Positions 1-12,100 of a stretch of DNA of 64,000 nucleotides are shown piece after piece. A program made the translations under genes and the position numbers. Origin of the DNA: Oculina patagonica (taxonomy: Eukaryota); the NCBI RefSeq assembly GCF_052425735.1, contig NC_135770.1, positions 36,642,001-36,706,000 on the forward strand, written 5' to 3'. Numbering within the stretch: the stretch's first letter is position 1; each line of letters begins with the position of its first letter. The notes beneath the pieces were generated by a model, which saw only the letters and a list, made by a program, of their open reading frames with translations, did no database searches and was not told the DNA's origin.

Positions 1-129
1 TCAGTGGATTTCCAATTAATACCAACACCTTCATTGGATTTTCAAGTAGCACTAAATCGTGGTGACACTGCCCCTTTTAACTAATGTATGTAAGATGCGT
101 TTCATCAAGAATTGTCTTTTAACGTGTAG

Positions 130-3100
130 GAAACTCCAAGCCAGGCAGGCATTCGCAATGTATCTACAGCGAGTACAACAAAGACTAGTTCACGAGACAA
201 GGTAAGATTTGATCCCTCAAAATGCACGGTGAGCGTGACACGGTAACCATTGCAATTGCTGATTATTTTTTACGTCTTTTTGTTGTTGTTTTTTTCTCAT
301 GCCCTGATAAATCAAAAACCAAGCTAGTCAAAGGGGGGTGGGTGGGGGAGGGGGGGGGGAAGGCTGAAGGAGGGGATGGGTGGAGACATCAAACTGAGTA
401 GTCACGTGTCATGAACTTAGGAGTTTGAAAAAGCAACAGAAAAATTTTTAACACTTCCCAAGTTTCAATGATTCACACTAATTACATTTTTATTGACATC
501 TGCGTTTTCTTTATCATTTTTAGTTATGATTCAGAGGACTCGAGAGATAGCACGGACTCCAAACAAGACGATCAAATGGTTGGTTGAACGGTTTAATTTT
601 GATTCCCGCTTAATATCCCTACTGTGTCTAGCAGTCGTTCTGTATTTTAGATTTTTAAAAGCCCAGTGACCTCCCTCCCCCCTCCCCAGCGCGCCGATCA
701 CTCACCAAGAGAGGGTTTAGGAAGGGATGAAAGTAGTCCCCGACGGGTGTCGAACCCATCACCTTCCGCAATACGGGTCGAATGCTCTAATAATATTAAT
801 GATACCTATTTGATCGCGGAATGATATTTGATGTTTCGTTTTATTGTTCAGAACCTGGTGATTCGTTTTCTGAAGAAAGCGGCGAGTAATTTACAACAGC
901 CATTCAAAGTTGTTGTACCAAGCGTCAAGCTGCCATTACATGACAGGTATGAACTATGAACTTTTATGCACATAAGCCGCACAGTAGTGTAGCAGCTCTC
1001 GTAAGCCTGTAATTCAACTTATTCTCTAGTATAGCCGTTTCCATTGTTTTCGGACCTAAAGGCATTGTTCCTTTTGTTTGTTGTATTGTTCTCTTGAAGG
1101 GTGGAGATGCATTCATGTGAGAACTTGCGCGGTGAGCTGCTACACTACCCCACAGAAACAAGTCTTAGCAGACAGTGATGATTACACGAAGAAACGAATT
1201 TCAGTGATTTCTTTTTCTTTCAGGCGACGAATTCTGGCCAAACAACTGGGAGACTTCGTTCGCGTTTATGGAAAGGTAAAATATAGGAAACAGCGCAATT
1301 TTCTAAATTTAAACCTTAAATTTAGAAAATGTTCAACATCAAGTGTTTCAGCCTAAGGTTTTTTGTGGCAACATAACTGTTTTTAAAAAAAATTTTTAAG
1401 GGGAATTTAAGAAGAAAATCATCATCTAGGGAACACTGTCTTGATATTCAACCAAATTCTCAGAACTTACATTGAAAGAAATGTATGAGGATCAGTAATG
1501 AGAATTAATATTTCAGTCTTGTTAAGGCTTAGTCGTTTCTTTTTGTTCTTCTGAGGAAGCTGTTGCATTTCTTTTTATATTTTGTTCAACAGGAAACCAT
1601 GCAAATCCAGAAGCGACAGGAAATTAACCGTACATACGGGCTTTCAAGGAGCAATTCGTTCACGGGTGAAATCCCGGACGAGGAGTTCAAGGTCTTTATG
1701 GCCATTGCAAGGTACCCTGTCCACTGATTCATATGTTTCTATGGGTAGCTTCCTGTGAATTTCGTTTTAAGAGTTTCTAATTTACAACACACAAAAAATA
1801 TTGCTTCACATTTGCAGCGAGACAGAGTTGGAAGACCTGTTAACTACCTACACCAAACTGAACAAGAACGCGAGCGTGTTCTTAGGAGGGAGACCGGAGA
1901 AGAGCTCTGAGGAGAGCACCACCAAAGCGCCTCACGACACGGTCCTGTCTAGAAGAAAAGAAGGGGACAGGTACCCCCGCAGGTAAATATGACGATTCGC
2001 GGTCCTTTGACTAGTATCAAGAGCGCGCGCACATGAGACCAATCTTTTCGAATCTTCGCTAAAACATATTGTCTACTGATGTAACCTCAAAGATAAACTC
2101 TCTCACTCGTTATACAGAAGTAATGAGTGTTTCTTTACTTGTTTTGACAGCTCGAATCCCATTCCAGACGAGGAACAGATGAGGTCCACCGAGGACCTTA
2201 GTAGCACAGGCCCTACGGTGACAGATCGACACGCACGATCGCTGACAGCTGTCTCTGCATATGGCGCCTCAGTGGCCCTCAACAAAACCCGGCAGCGGCC
2301 GGTGTCGGCTAAGGTAGCAAGTTCACAAGGTGAGATGAAGGCGATACATACTACCATTTGCGGTCAAATCTTGAAAATATTGATAGCTCGTGAAGAAAAC
2401 ATGATCGTATGGCGCCAAAACGTTGTCAATTTCGTGACCTGACCGCAAACGTTTCATTGGTCAAAAGTGACACGTAAACAGACATACCGTTGAGGTTTTA
2501 AAAGTAAAACTACGCGTTAAATTCGTCACGCTTTAAGGATGTACGCAAATGGTAGTAGCCCAATACACAGGAAAATCAGTGTTCCTGCGAAGTACATACT
2601 TGCATGCTGTTACTCTGGAAAAACAATTCTCTCGGTCAGCTGTTGCCTTGCGCTAGGCAGGTCTGAAATTTGAACCGAAAATTCCATACTGATGACGTAG
2701 CTCTACAGAGATCCATGTAGTGTCTCTGATTGGTTGTTACTTGCGCGCGAAAATTTTCAAAACCAAGCAGCAACCAATCAGAGACACTTCACGGATCTCT
2801 GTGCAGTTACGTCATCAGTATGGAATTTTTCGTGTCGAGTCTAAGACGTCCCATTATTAGTCTAGGAAGAATTGAGCCCGCGAAGAAAATGGTCTGTTTA
2901 GCAAAGTTTTACACGCTTTGACAGGCGAATGTATTTAACAATTTATTTGTAGGAACTGACAGGATGCACCGCGTTGGTCGCCCAGTATCGGCCAAGCCAC
3001 ACTCACGTGATATGATGAGAACAGTTGAAGACACCGGGGATACCAGGAGCGTGGATGGAGGCAAGTGATACTGTGACATAAACTGTTCAACGCTTTAAGA

Positions 3101-5367
3101 AATGAGCTATTTGCGAAATCCAGTCTTACAGCAAGGCGCCCAAAAGTGTGACCACTTTTAATTTATTCACATTCTTTCGTGCAGATCTAATCCAATCAAA
3201 AGCCGTGGATAGCTTGCAGTTGACTTCTGATTGGATTAAATCTGCACGAAAGAATGTGAATAAATTAAAAGTGGTCACACTTTTGGGCGCCTTGCTGTAA
3301 ACTGACGTATTTTATCTCTTTGCAGCTCATAGTGGTCAGCGGAGTCGTGTGTCATCGGCCCCAGTCCGTCGTGACAGCCGAGGCGCAGACAATGAGTTCA
3401 AAGGTGAGATAAGTAATGACATTATGCAAGTGACGTAAATGTAGGACCAGCTGACAAAAACAGTAACATAAAGCAAAGTTTAAAATCTAGCCTACGAAAT
3501 TAGACAAAAAAGCAAACATTGTTTCCAGAGCAGATCCCTTTTCTTTTCTTTCTTTCATCGAGGATGGGTTTTTTTCCCTATTCATGGCCTTGTTTAAGTT
3601 TGAACTCTTTGGGAATATATTCTATTGCTCTTGTCAGAGGAACTAATTAAGTTTTTGGTAATCAAACAAAAAAATGGTAATTCACCCAACTAAATCTGAT
3701 AAGACTTTCTAAATTCAATCCAATTTTTGGTTTAAATTGATGGTTTGAGTGTTGGTTTTTTTTTTTTTTTTTTTTGTGTTTTTTGGAACTTTGTGAAACA
3801 TCCATAATGAAAATGTCTTAATTTCACGCCGACAGGTCACAGCTTGGCTGATGAGCATGCAGTCGCCGCTGCTCTTCAGCGGTTAGCCAAACGACAGGCT
3901 GCGCGGCAGTACTCTGCTTTCAACACCAGCGGTCATCAGGGACATAACTGGGATGAGCTGTTTAAAAAGATGGACTTTAATCGCGACAAAGATGCTGCTG
4001 TTACTCACAACGACGACGAATTAATTAGCGTTGGAGACGCATTCACGGATCCATGGTCGAGTGTAACTGGAAAAGCTCCGCGGTCAGCTTATAAGTTACA
4101 TGACCGACACGCAAGCGCAAACGCCACGTTTGAAACATTTGTGAATCATGACCAACGCCCGGGCGGCAGTCATGGTCACGTGGGTTGGTTTGATAGTAAC
4201 ACTGACCGAGGTCGTGTTAGTACTGTGGGCGCTCCTGCGGAGGAAAAATCGATTCATATTGATTTGAAAAAGGAGTACAGCGGAGCACAGGAAATACAAA
4301 GAGAAGAGAAAAAGGCAGTTGTAGAAACAGTTAAAAGTCCAACTGTCTCACGGGAGGAGTACAACAGACACATGAAACTCATAAGTCAGAAGCTGTCTGA
4401 AGAGAAGGTTCGCCTGCAGAAACAGTTACAGCAGTATCCGTGCCTGCCACGCCCACCTCCTGCTCGGCCGAGCCCGGGCGCCAGGAAGGTTGTTAGCCAC
4501 AATAGAATGATAAGGTAATATGAACTGTCATAACTTAACGTGCTTGAAAATTCCAGTCATTGCCCTCTTATCTCTGGGGCACTTAGCTCTGTAACATTTG
4601 AAGTCTATCTCCTTGCAAATACCATAAAAAGATCGTGGATGAATTTTAAGGGAGCAATGTGGCAATGTTTGCAATATATATATGTTACTTGCCGGCCGGG
4701 AAGTCCGTATAGGGAAAAACTGTGCCCGAGGTCTTGGGGTAATATATATAACTACCTTCGACCTCGAAATAAAAGTTAGCTAAGGCCGAAAAACCACAAG
4801 AGGGACAAGGATGGTTAAGTTAAATTGGGGGAGATTGAACGCCAAGGGGTGAAGAGTCTGTACACGAACTACAGGTCCCGAGAAAACGTTCCCTCGACAA
4901 GTCGACTTCATGTCTGACTCGTCCCCAGTCGTCTTTTAAGTCCGTCTTTGAGTGGACTCTTGAGTCCTTGAAGCTGAACACGGAGCATCCTCTTCCCCAG
5001 GGCCACGCGTATTTTTTAAATGACATGACTCCGTTTCGCCGACCACGTGACCAAAAGAAACGGAGGCTCTGTTAGGAACGAGAATGAACACAGAGTGTCT
5101 TGCAATTTGCGCATAAGAGACTACTCGGGACGACTCAGGGTTTTTTTGTGTTTTTTTTTTTTTTTTTTTTTCTTTTTTTTCGTGTAAAAAAAAATTCGAG
5201 ACGCCAAATTAGCTGTTAATTTACCATTGGTTTATTTTTTGCCTCTTTAGTTTTGACATGTTTTTTCTGTTCCGTTCATTTTAAACAGGTTGGCTGCATC
5301 CAATCCCCCGCCAGTGTTTGACGTCATCACTGGCATGACAGACCTTCCAAACGACGATTCTCTGTGA
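130..5367 (+). CDS. Uncharacterised multi-exon protein, 3' portion (5' exons lie upstream of the window); low-complexity/charged with repeated RPVSAK-type motifs
   Basis: Exons with splice sites and consistent phases: 130-201, 524-578, 852-946, 1224-1275, 1593-1711, 1818-1970 (or 1982), 2151-2328, 2953-3060 (GC donor), 3326-3403, 3836-4514 (contains ORF 3844-4518), 5289-5367 (TGA). They join into one open frame: KLQARQAFAMYLQRVQQ...NLVIRFLKKAASNLQQPF...RLAASNPPPVFDVITGMTDLPNDDSL*. I do not recognise the family. Confidence 0.75.
2678..2829. mobile_element. Palindromic MITE (AATTCCATACTGATGACGT...ACGTCATCAGTATGGAATT)
   Basis: Imperfect inverted arms of about 55-60 bp, visible directly; intronic. 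Confidence 0.7.
3121..3304. mobile_element. Near-perfect palindromic MITE/foldback (about 80-bp arms)
   Basis: TTACAGCAAGGCGCCCAAAAGTGTGACCAC...GTGGTCACACTTTTGGGCGCCTTGCTGTAA; arms nearly identical in reverse complement, loop about 25 nt. Confidence 0.85.
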
Positions 5368-5606
5368 CAGCAGTGTTCCTCTCTATACTCCACTGTTTTG
5401 TGTAAATTACTCGTTTTATGTCGCGGCCCATCATTTGCTTGTGAATCAAACAAAATGCATTTTTAAACATAACAGAAGCCATGGAGAGAGGACGTTCTTT
5501 CACCATGCTATTTATTTTGTTCACACGGGAAATAATTTTGCACACGAAAAGTTTAATTTCGAATTATTGTGATTTTATATGTCAAAAAATTTTACAAAAT
5601 AAACTG

Positions 5607-5741
5607 NNNNNNNNNNNNNNNNNNNNNNNNNNNNNNNNNNNNNNNNNNNNNNNNNNNNNNNNNNNNNNNNNNNNNNNNNNNNNNNNNNNNNNNNNNNNNN
5701 NNNNNNNNNNNNNNNNNNNNNNNNNNNNNNNNNNNNNNNNN
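5607..5741. other. Assembly gap (N run)
   Basis: 135 N bases. Confidence 1.
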
Positions 5742-7299
5742 CCGCAAAAAAATATTTTTGTGGCTTTTTTTTGGCAAATTCGTTAGCTGCGGCTGTTTTA
5801 TGAAGCTTTGATCTATTCTGAAGAAACAGGCGTCTCTCTTCGCGCTAGCTGACTAGGGGACCAGTCAAGAGATTCCCCCGTTTGTATTTCTGTTTGTTTG
5901 TGCTAAATTTTCGCGCCCATAAAAGTCAATTTCGCACTGCCTCTTTCACCCAGAACAACCTCTTGTAAAGGTAATCTGACGAAATGCTACTGGTCAGTAA
6001 CCTGTTATTGTCTAGCAGATGGTGGCTTCATGCTACAGAAACCAGGATTATTTAAGCCCCGGCATCAGCAAGCATCTGCCGCCTCCGACCCTTGGACTGG
6101 CCAGGGCTTAGCCATTTTTATCCGTGAATATTAGCAGCAGTGCCTGATGTTAAAATCGAGCGACGCCTCGCTGCCTGGAAACTTGCTGCTGGCAAGAAGA
6201 AGCCGCACGAGGCGGGGCGCGCGCGCAGCGTGACACACTAGAGGGAGTTTTCTCGCTCTTCGTGCTCGTATATCGCGCTCTGCTCCGCTAAACCGCCTGT
6301 TCTTACATCCAGGCTCCATATTATCTCATTTATCTTTAAGACAAAAAATTAATCCAAAATCTTTATTTCCACTCCTTAAATAAATTTACAATTTGTCTAC
6401 AGGGAAAACAAACCATTGTATGCAAAATTAAATAAAGAATTATCCTACGATTGAACTAATTTTGTCCAAAAACGTTTCCCAATAACTCGCCTACACACGC
6501 GGAAATAAAGTCCCGACTTTGGTAGACTTCATATAAAGCCACCACAGTATAGCCAAACCCGTGTCGTATAATTTATGCTCAATAACTGTATAATTTTGGC
6601 AAGAGTTCGACGGTTTGCTTTTCAAAGCCATCTTTAAGAAACGATAATTGGGCCCATCTATGACATGCAACTGAAATATTGTTATCTCGTATAAATTAAT
6701 TATCATATAAATTAAATGTCTACGACGACGTTATGAAATTTTAATAAAAATCTCACCCGTATTAACCTTCTATGGAAAATTCAATTTCGCAAAGAAACCA
6801 AAAAATTGGGTCAACCCCTAGACTTACTATTATAGGAAAAGAATTTCCCACTTTCTACAAAATAAAACAATGTTGAAAACATTTTACTCATGTTACTCCA
6901 CAGACACGGTATGCATGGTGACGCAAGTGATGTCTAACCCTTATGAGTCCAACTGTCGGCAACAACCTCATTCATTGCGTACGAATCTCCTTCCGAAAAT
7001 AACGTTTCCAAAGTCAAGACTTAGTTCAGAAATGATCAGAGGAGTTCTATTACAGCCCGGGGTATGAAACGCGAACTCGAAAAATTGAGTGACGTAAGCG
7101 ACCATTTTTGCAATCTAGACTTCACAAATCATGGGCAAATTGAATTTAAAACGAAACAAACTTTCTAGCTAGCCCTGCTGTCCTTAACAAAGTGCGGAAT
7201 TTCTTAACTTTCTAAACCAACGTGGTTAGGTTTAAATATTTCGCATTTGATGTTTAAAGCCTGCTATGGCTAAAAAATCATTAAACTCCCCTCCACACT

Positions 7300-9113
7300 T
7301 TAACACTGCGATATAAGAATGCCATATTTGGACTTTCCACCACTAGCGCCAGCCTCCTCGCGGTCATCTTCGCCCAAGCTTGGGCATGAGTATGAGAGCT
7401 TCAGACGTGAGCCCGTGAGATTTGTATGCAGCAGTGACGTGGCTGGTGACATAGAAGGTGTTGTACAGCGTGACGCGCTAAGATCACATTGCTCCAGTGT
7501 TCGTAACAATTCTCCTTGTGTGACATTACCAATATCGTCACGCTCTGTGGTTAAAAAAGAAGTGTAACAGAAGGCGTTTAGAACATAAAAGACAACCATG
7601 ATAACCTAAGTGCAAGGTTTATACAGTGTGGTATTACAGATTTGTTTAACTGCTTAAAATATAACAGCAGTGTTAGCACGATTCTGTTGTTTCTCAAGCA
7701 GCTAATGAAGTCACTGGTATGTGAAACATTTTCAAACTCTACTTCGACCGAACTTTTCTACTATGAATGACTGTTTCCGTTTGGATTTTGCAAAGCAGTA
7801 CATCATTCTTGACGCCGCTCAAAATTTTCTTTATCGCCAAAGCCTTTCCAACTAAGAGAACATGGTAGCTCTGGAGTTGACTCTCTGGCGTGGCAATTTT
7901 CCTTTACAAAACAAATTGAAACTTTTACCAAATATCGCTTCTTTTAGATGTCTGTTATTACTCATCAGGGTAGTATCTATCTCACCTGTGTTTTCGCCAG
8001 ACTGTTTGGACGCAATCTCCAGTGCTGTTGTCAGGTCCCACATCTGAAACGCCACACAACATGAAAATATATCAATTTGCTTTCCATGAAGAACCCGTTT
8101 TCAGACGAAGATACCAGTTGCTTTCAAAGGATAGGGTTCTAGCCACCCCACTTTTTTTAAGCTCAATGTTTGGGACAGTAAGAAAATTCAGGGTTCAATC
8201 TAACACAATGCGTTTTACATAAAAAAAACACGACTTGCAGCGGGCAAACTGACTTATGTTTAGTGGTTGTTATTGAATGATTTTCTTACAGCGATTTTTA
8301 CTCAGTTTCTTACTTGTAAACATCCGTTTGAATGCCCTGTTATCAGGAAGCGCCGGGGTCTGGAACCCATTCTGCTGGAGGCGTCACATTCGTGCACGCA
8401 ATATGAAGTGATGTTACTGCCGTCCACTGACCGTATAGTACAGACCCTGAAATACAAGATCGTCAACTACTCAGTCACGACATGTAAATGGCCAACTGGT
8501 TAACCTCTTGCAGACTTTCTGCCAGTTGGGATTCGTAACTATGTTGTGATGATTAAGAATATTTGTTTCAAATACACGGGCACACAAACAGTAAAAACTT
8601 CTACTTTAATCAAACTATCAGTAACCGAGTTTTACAAGTTGAATGCAAGAGTTTTAAAAAAATAAATGGTCATGGAATAAAAACCCAGAATGAATATAAC
8701 GTTACCATAAAATTTAGCCAAAGAAAGTGTCGAGTGCTAATGGTATATAGCGAGATTCACCACATGCAAAGTCCTCTACGAATAGCGTTACAACAATGTC
8801 ACACTTCAGAATAGTGCAAGCCATAACCGATCTTTATTACCTTTTTCCTGTGGATGAAAACCGTACGATCACATGATCGGTGTCTGGTACAAGCTTCTGA
8901 ATGAACACCTGTTGATCATCACGTTCGCCAAATGGACCTGGGACCGACAAACAAATAAACAGGTCAGCGGAAGTAAGAATCCTATCGATCTTCTGCAGAA
9001 AATTGAGCCCGCGGCTTTCGGTAAGGTTGTTGCTTAGTAACATGTCGTTCTCTAATGACGTCAGCTCACGTGACGTTTTCTCAAAGAGCCTTAGTGATTT
9101 CCGTGTCTGGTTG

Positions 9114-9155
<42 letters not shown>

Positions 9156-12100
9156 TTTTTTTTTTTTTTTTGTAAAAAAAAGTTTTTTAATGGGGGGGAA
9201 AAACAATTAAGTGTTATTTCTGATCAAAACATTTTATTGGAAAACCGTCTAATTACAATAATAATTTTTCGTTTTAAACTTATTTGATGCTTTTATCAAA
9301 TTACAGGAGAATCCCGGTTTTTTCGAACCCTCAGTTTCTCGCAACTCCTGATTTCTCAAACCAATTTTCGTTTCCCTTGAAGAGTACTTCTCTCTCATTT
9401 TATCCCTGATTTTTCGAAGCAATTTTCGTTTCCCCTGGAGGCTCGAGAAATCGAGATTCTACTTTATCGAAAGAAAAACGGAAAAGCTCCAAGTTACTCA
9501 CCGATGACATTACCAGCTAACGAGCTAGGATGGGCGTCCTGTGCCTCAAGAGAAACAACATTGAAAGACGCGAGGGGCGTGGAACCAGGCTGCGTGGAGA
9601 TCATGCCTCGAAAGCGTGTCACGTTCCACGTGCGCACGTGATTGTACTCTGAGCAAATGGACACGAGATTTTTCTCGCTTAGCATGACTTTTACCACAGG
9701 ATTTCGATGAACCATGAATGTTTGGAAGAGCTGTGGTCCATGGCCTACTGTCTCTGGGTGCTGGACGATCACTCTCACTGTCCCTGAGCTTGTACCGTAC
9801 GCGATCTCAATCCAATTGCCACTTAAACCTGATGGGGAAAGGCAAAATAATTTTATGCAATTACATTTTAAGTCTGAAAAAATTTTCAAGGCTTCAACGG
9901 GATTTGAACCCATGACCTTCGCGATACCGGTGCGTTGCTCTACCAACTCAACATGCGGGACATCAGGACCCACAATAGCATTTCGAGTTACCCTTTTCTT
10001 CTTTTTAAACGGTTCGTCGCTTTTTTTTTTTTATAAAATGACCTGCTCTCGACGTATCAAGGCTTCGTAGCACAGTTGGTAGAGTAATGTACTGGTATCA
10101 CGGAGGTCATGGGTTCAAATCCCGTTGTTGCTTGAAATAATTTTATTGTTGGTAAACAAAGGTCTATCAGTCAAAATTATTTGAGTAGACTCCTTGTAGC
10201 CTGTGTACAGCCTTCCCGCTTCGCGGAGCGGGACAGCTGTACACAGGCTAAGTCGTTGTTCTCCAGTTACCTTTGAAATGTACTAAATTGTTTATTTTTT
10301 GGAGGGCATTTAACTCTTTTTTTTTTATTGAAGAGAATAGACAAAATTGAATGAAAAAAGACGTACAAAAGACACAAATGATAAAAAGAAAAAATACACA
10401 ATTTCACAATATAAGTACAAGTACAAAGTTTGTTTGCAAAGATTGTTTTAATTACAATTTTTAGCGAAAACAAGGAAAAAAGGCGGGTGGCCCTTGGAAA
10501 CATTTTGAGGCGGTGAGCGCATAATGTTGTCCATTTTGATCTAAATTCGACAACGTGTTGTTTTTAAAAGCGATCAACTCACAAGGATTGTCTTGAGAAC
10601 GAGATGAAAAATTTTAAAGCTTGGGGGGCTGTATCCAACCAGTGGAAATGTGATGTTTTCCGATGATTAGAACATGGTTTAAGGCGTTGGTGATTGATTC
10701 TGAAAACACGTGCAAAGTTCCTCAACCAATAAGATCAAAGATGCCAGCTGCAATCAGCTGCCAAATCAAAACCGTGATCTGCGTCTTTTTCCGCGCTTAC
10801 CACGTGGTTTCCCGCGCTTTTCAACGGTGACATGTTTTCCCGCACTTTTGAGCGTAGAGACTGACTTCGTGATGGATTTGGTTTTAGTATGTCTTATGTG
10901 TTTACTTACACGTATGTGTTGTTTATCAACACGCAAAGAATGTTTACTTACACGTCTTTGGTGTTAAGTATACACTGAGTGCCGTGACCATGTCTTCATT
11001 GGGATCTTTGTAAAGCTCGGTCACCAGAAGATCATTATCCTTCATTCTCAGTGGGAACTTCTGCATATCTATGAAGAAAATAATACCTCAGTAATACGAT
11101 TAAGAGCTCATTGAATTTGACCAGTATTTCTGGGCTAAATAAAGTTTAAGACGGCCATTCTGGACGGCGTGAAGACATGACCCCCTAATAGCTAGTGCAT
11201 TAAGAGGTAGCAGTATGAGTTTGAGTCAGGCCTAGGTCCTTGTCACAAAGAAAATATGGAGTAAGAAAAAGCGATCTGTTAAAGCCACTATTTTTAACTG
11301 CTAAAAATACTGGGATAACCTGCGATGGAGGTAGAATCCGGGGGGGGGGGGGGGGGGGGGGAAGCAGTACTCCTAGCCACTTCTTGCTATGAAAATCAGA
11401 GTTGGTGGAAAGACTGAAGATTTAACATGTAAACAAAATCTTCAAAATGGGAGGAAAGTTAAAAAGAAAATGGGCGCTTAGATGATAGAGTTGTGAAAAC
11501 TAAACTCAGGCTGGACCCAGTTGTTCAAAGGGTGGATAATGCTACCCACTGGATAAATCACTATCTGAGTGGATAGTGAAATAGGTTTTGTATGACAGTT
11601 ATCCACTGGATATTAATTTATCCGATGGTTAGGGTTATCCACCCTTTGAACAACTGGACCCTGGCATTAGGTTAACATATGCAAACCGCTGGGTTTCAAT
11701 GTAAGGCCAAACACGCCCAGGAAACTTGTGTACGTACCAATGTAATAAATAGAACCATTTGTACATCCAAGAAGAAGAAAAGAACCTGCAGTGTCATAAC
11801 TGGAGATTGGCATTACATCTTGGATCTGAACAAACAAAGAAAGCTTCAACGTCTTTGATTCACATTACTATAATCACTAGTAATAATCAGGTTAGCGGAG
11901 TGCATTCGGGTCAATTTTGTGTGCCTTAAATCCGCCCGCTTACGCAATTGACCTACACAATTCACTTGGCATGTGTAAAAATCACACATGATGGAATGGC
12001 AAAATAGCCACCGAGACTGAAAACAATTGGATAGATTTACTGGGCACCTGGCACACATGCCACCGAGGTTAAAGTTACTCAGTAAATTTCTTTTGAGGCT

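Noticed and set aside
5481-5811. ORFs spanning poly-X
   Set aside because: Artefacts of the N gap.
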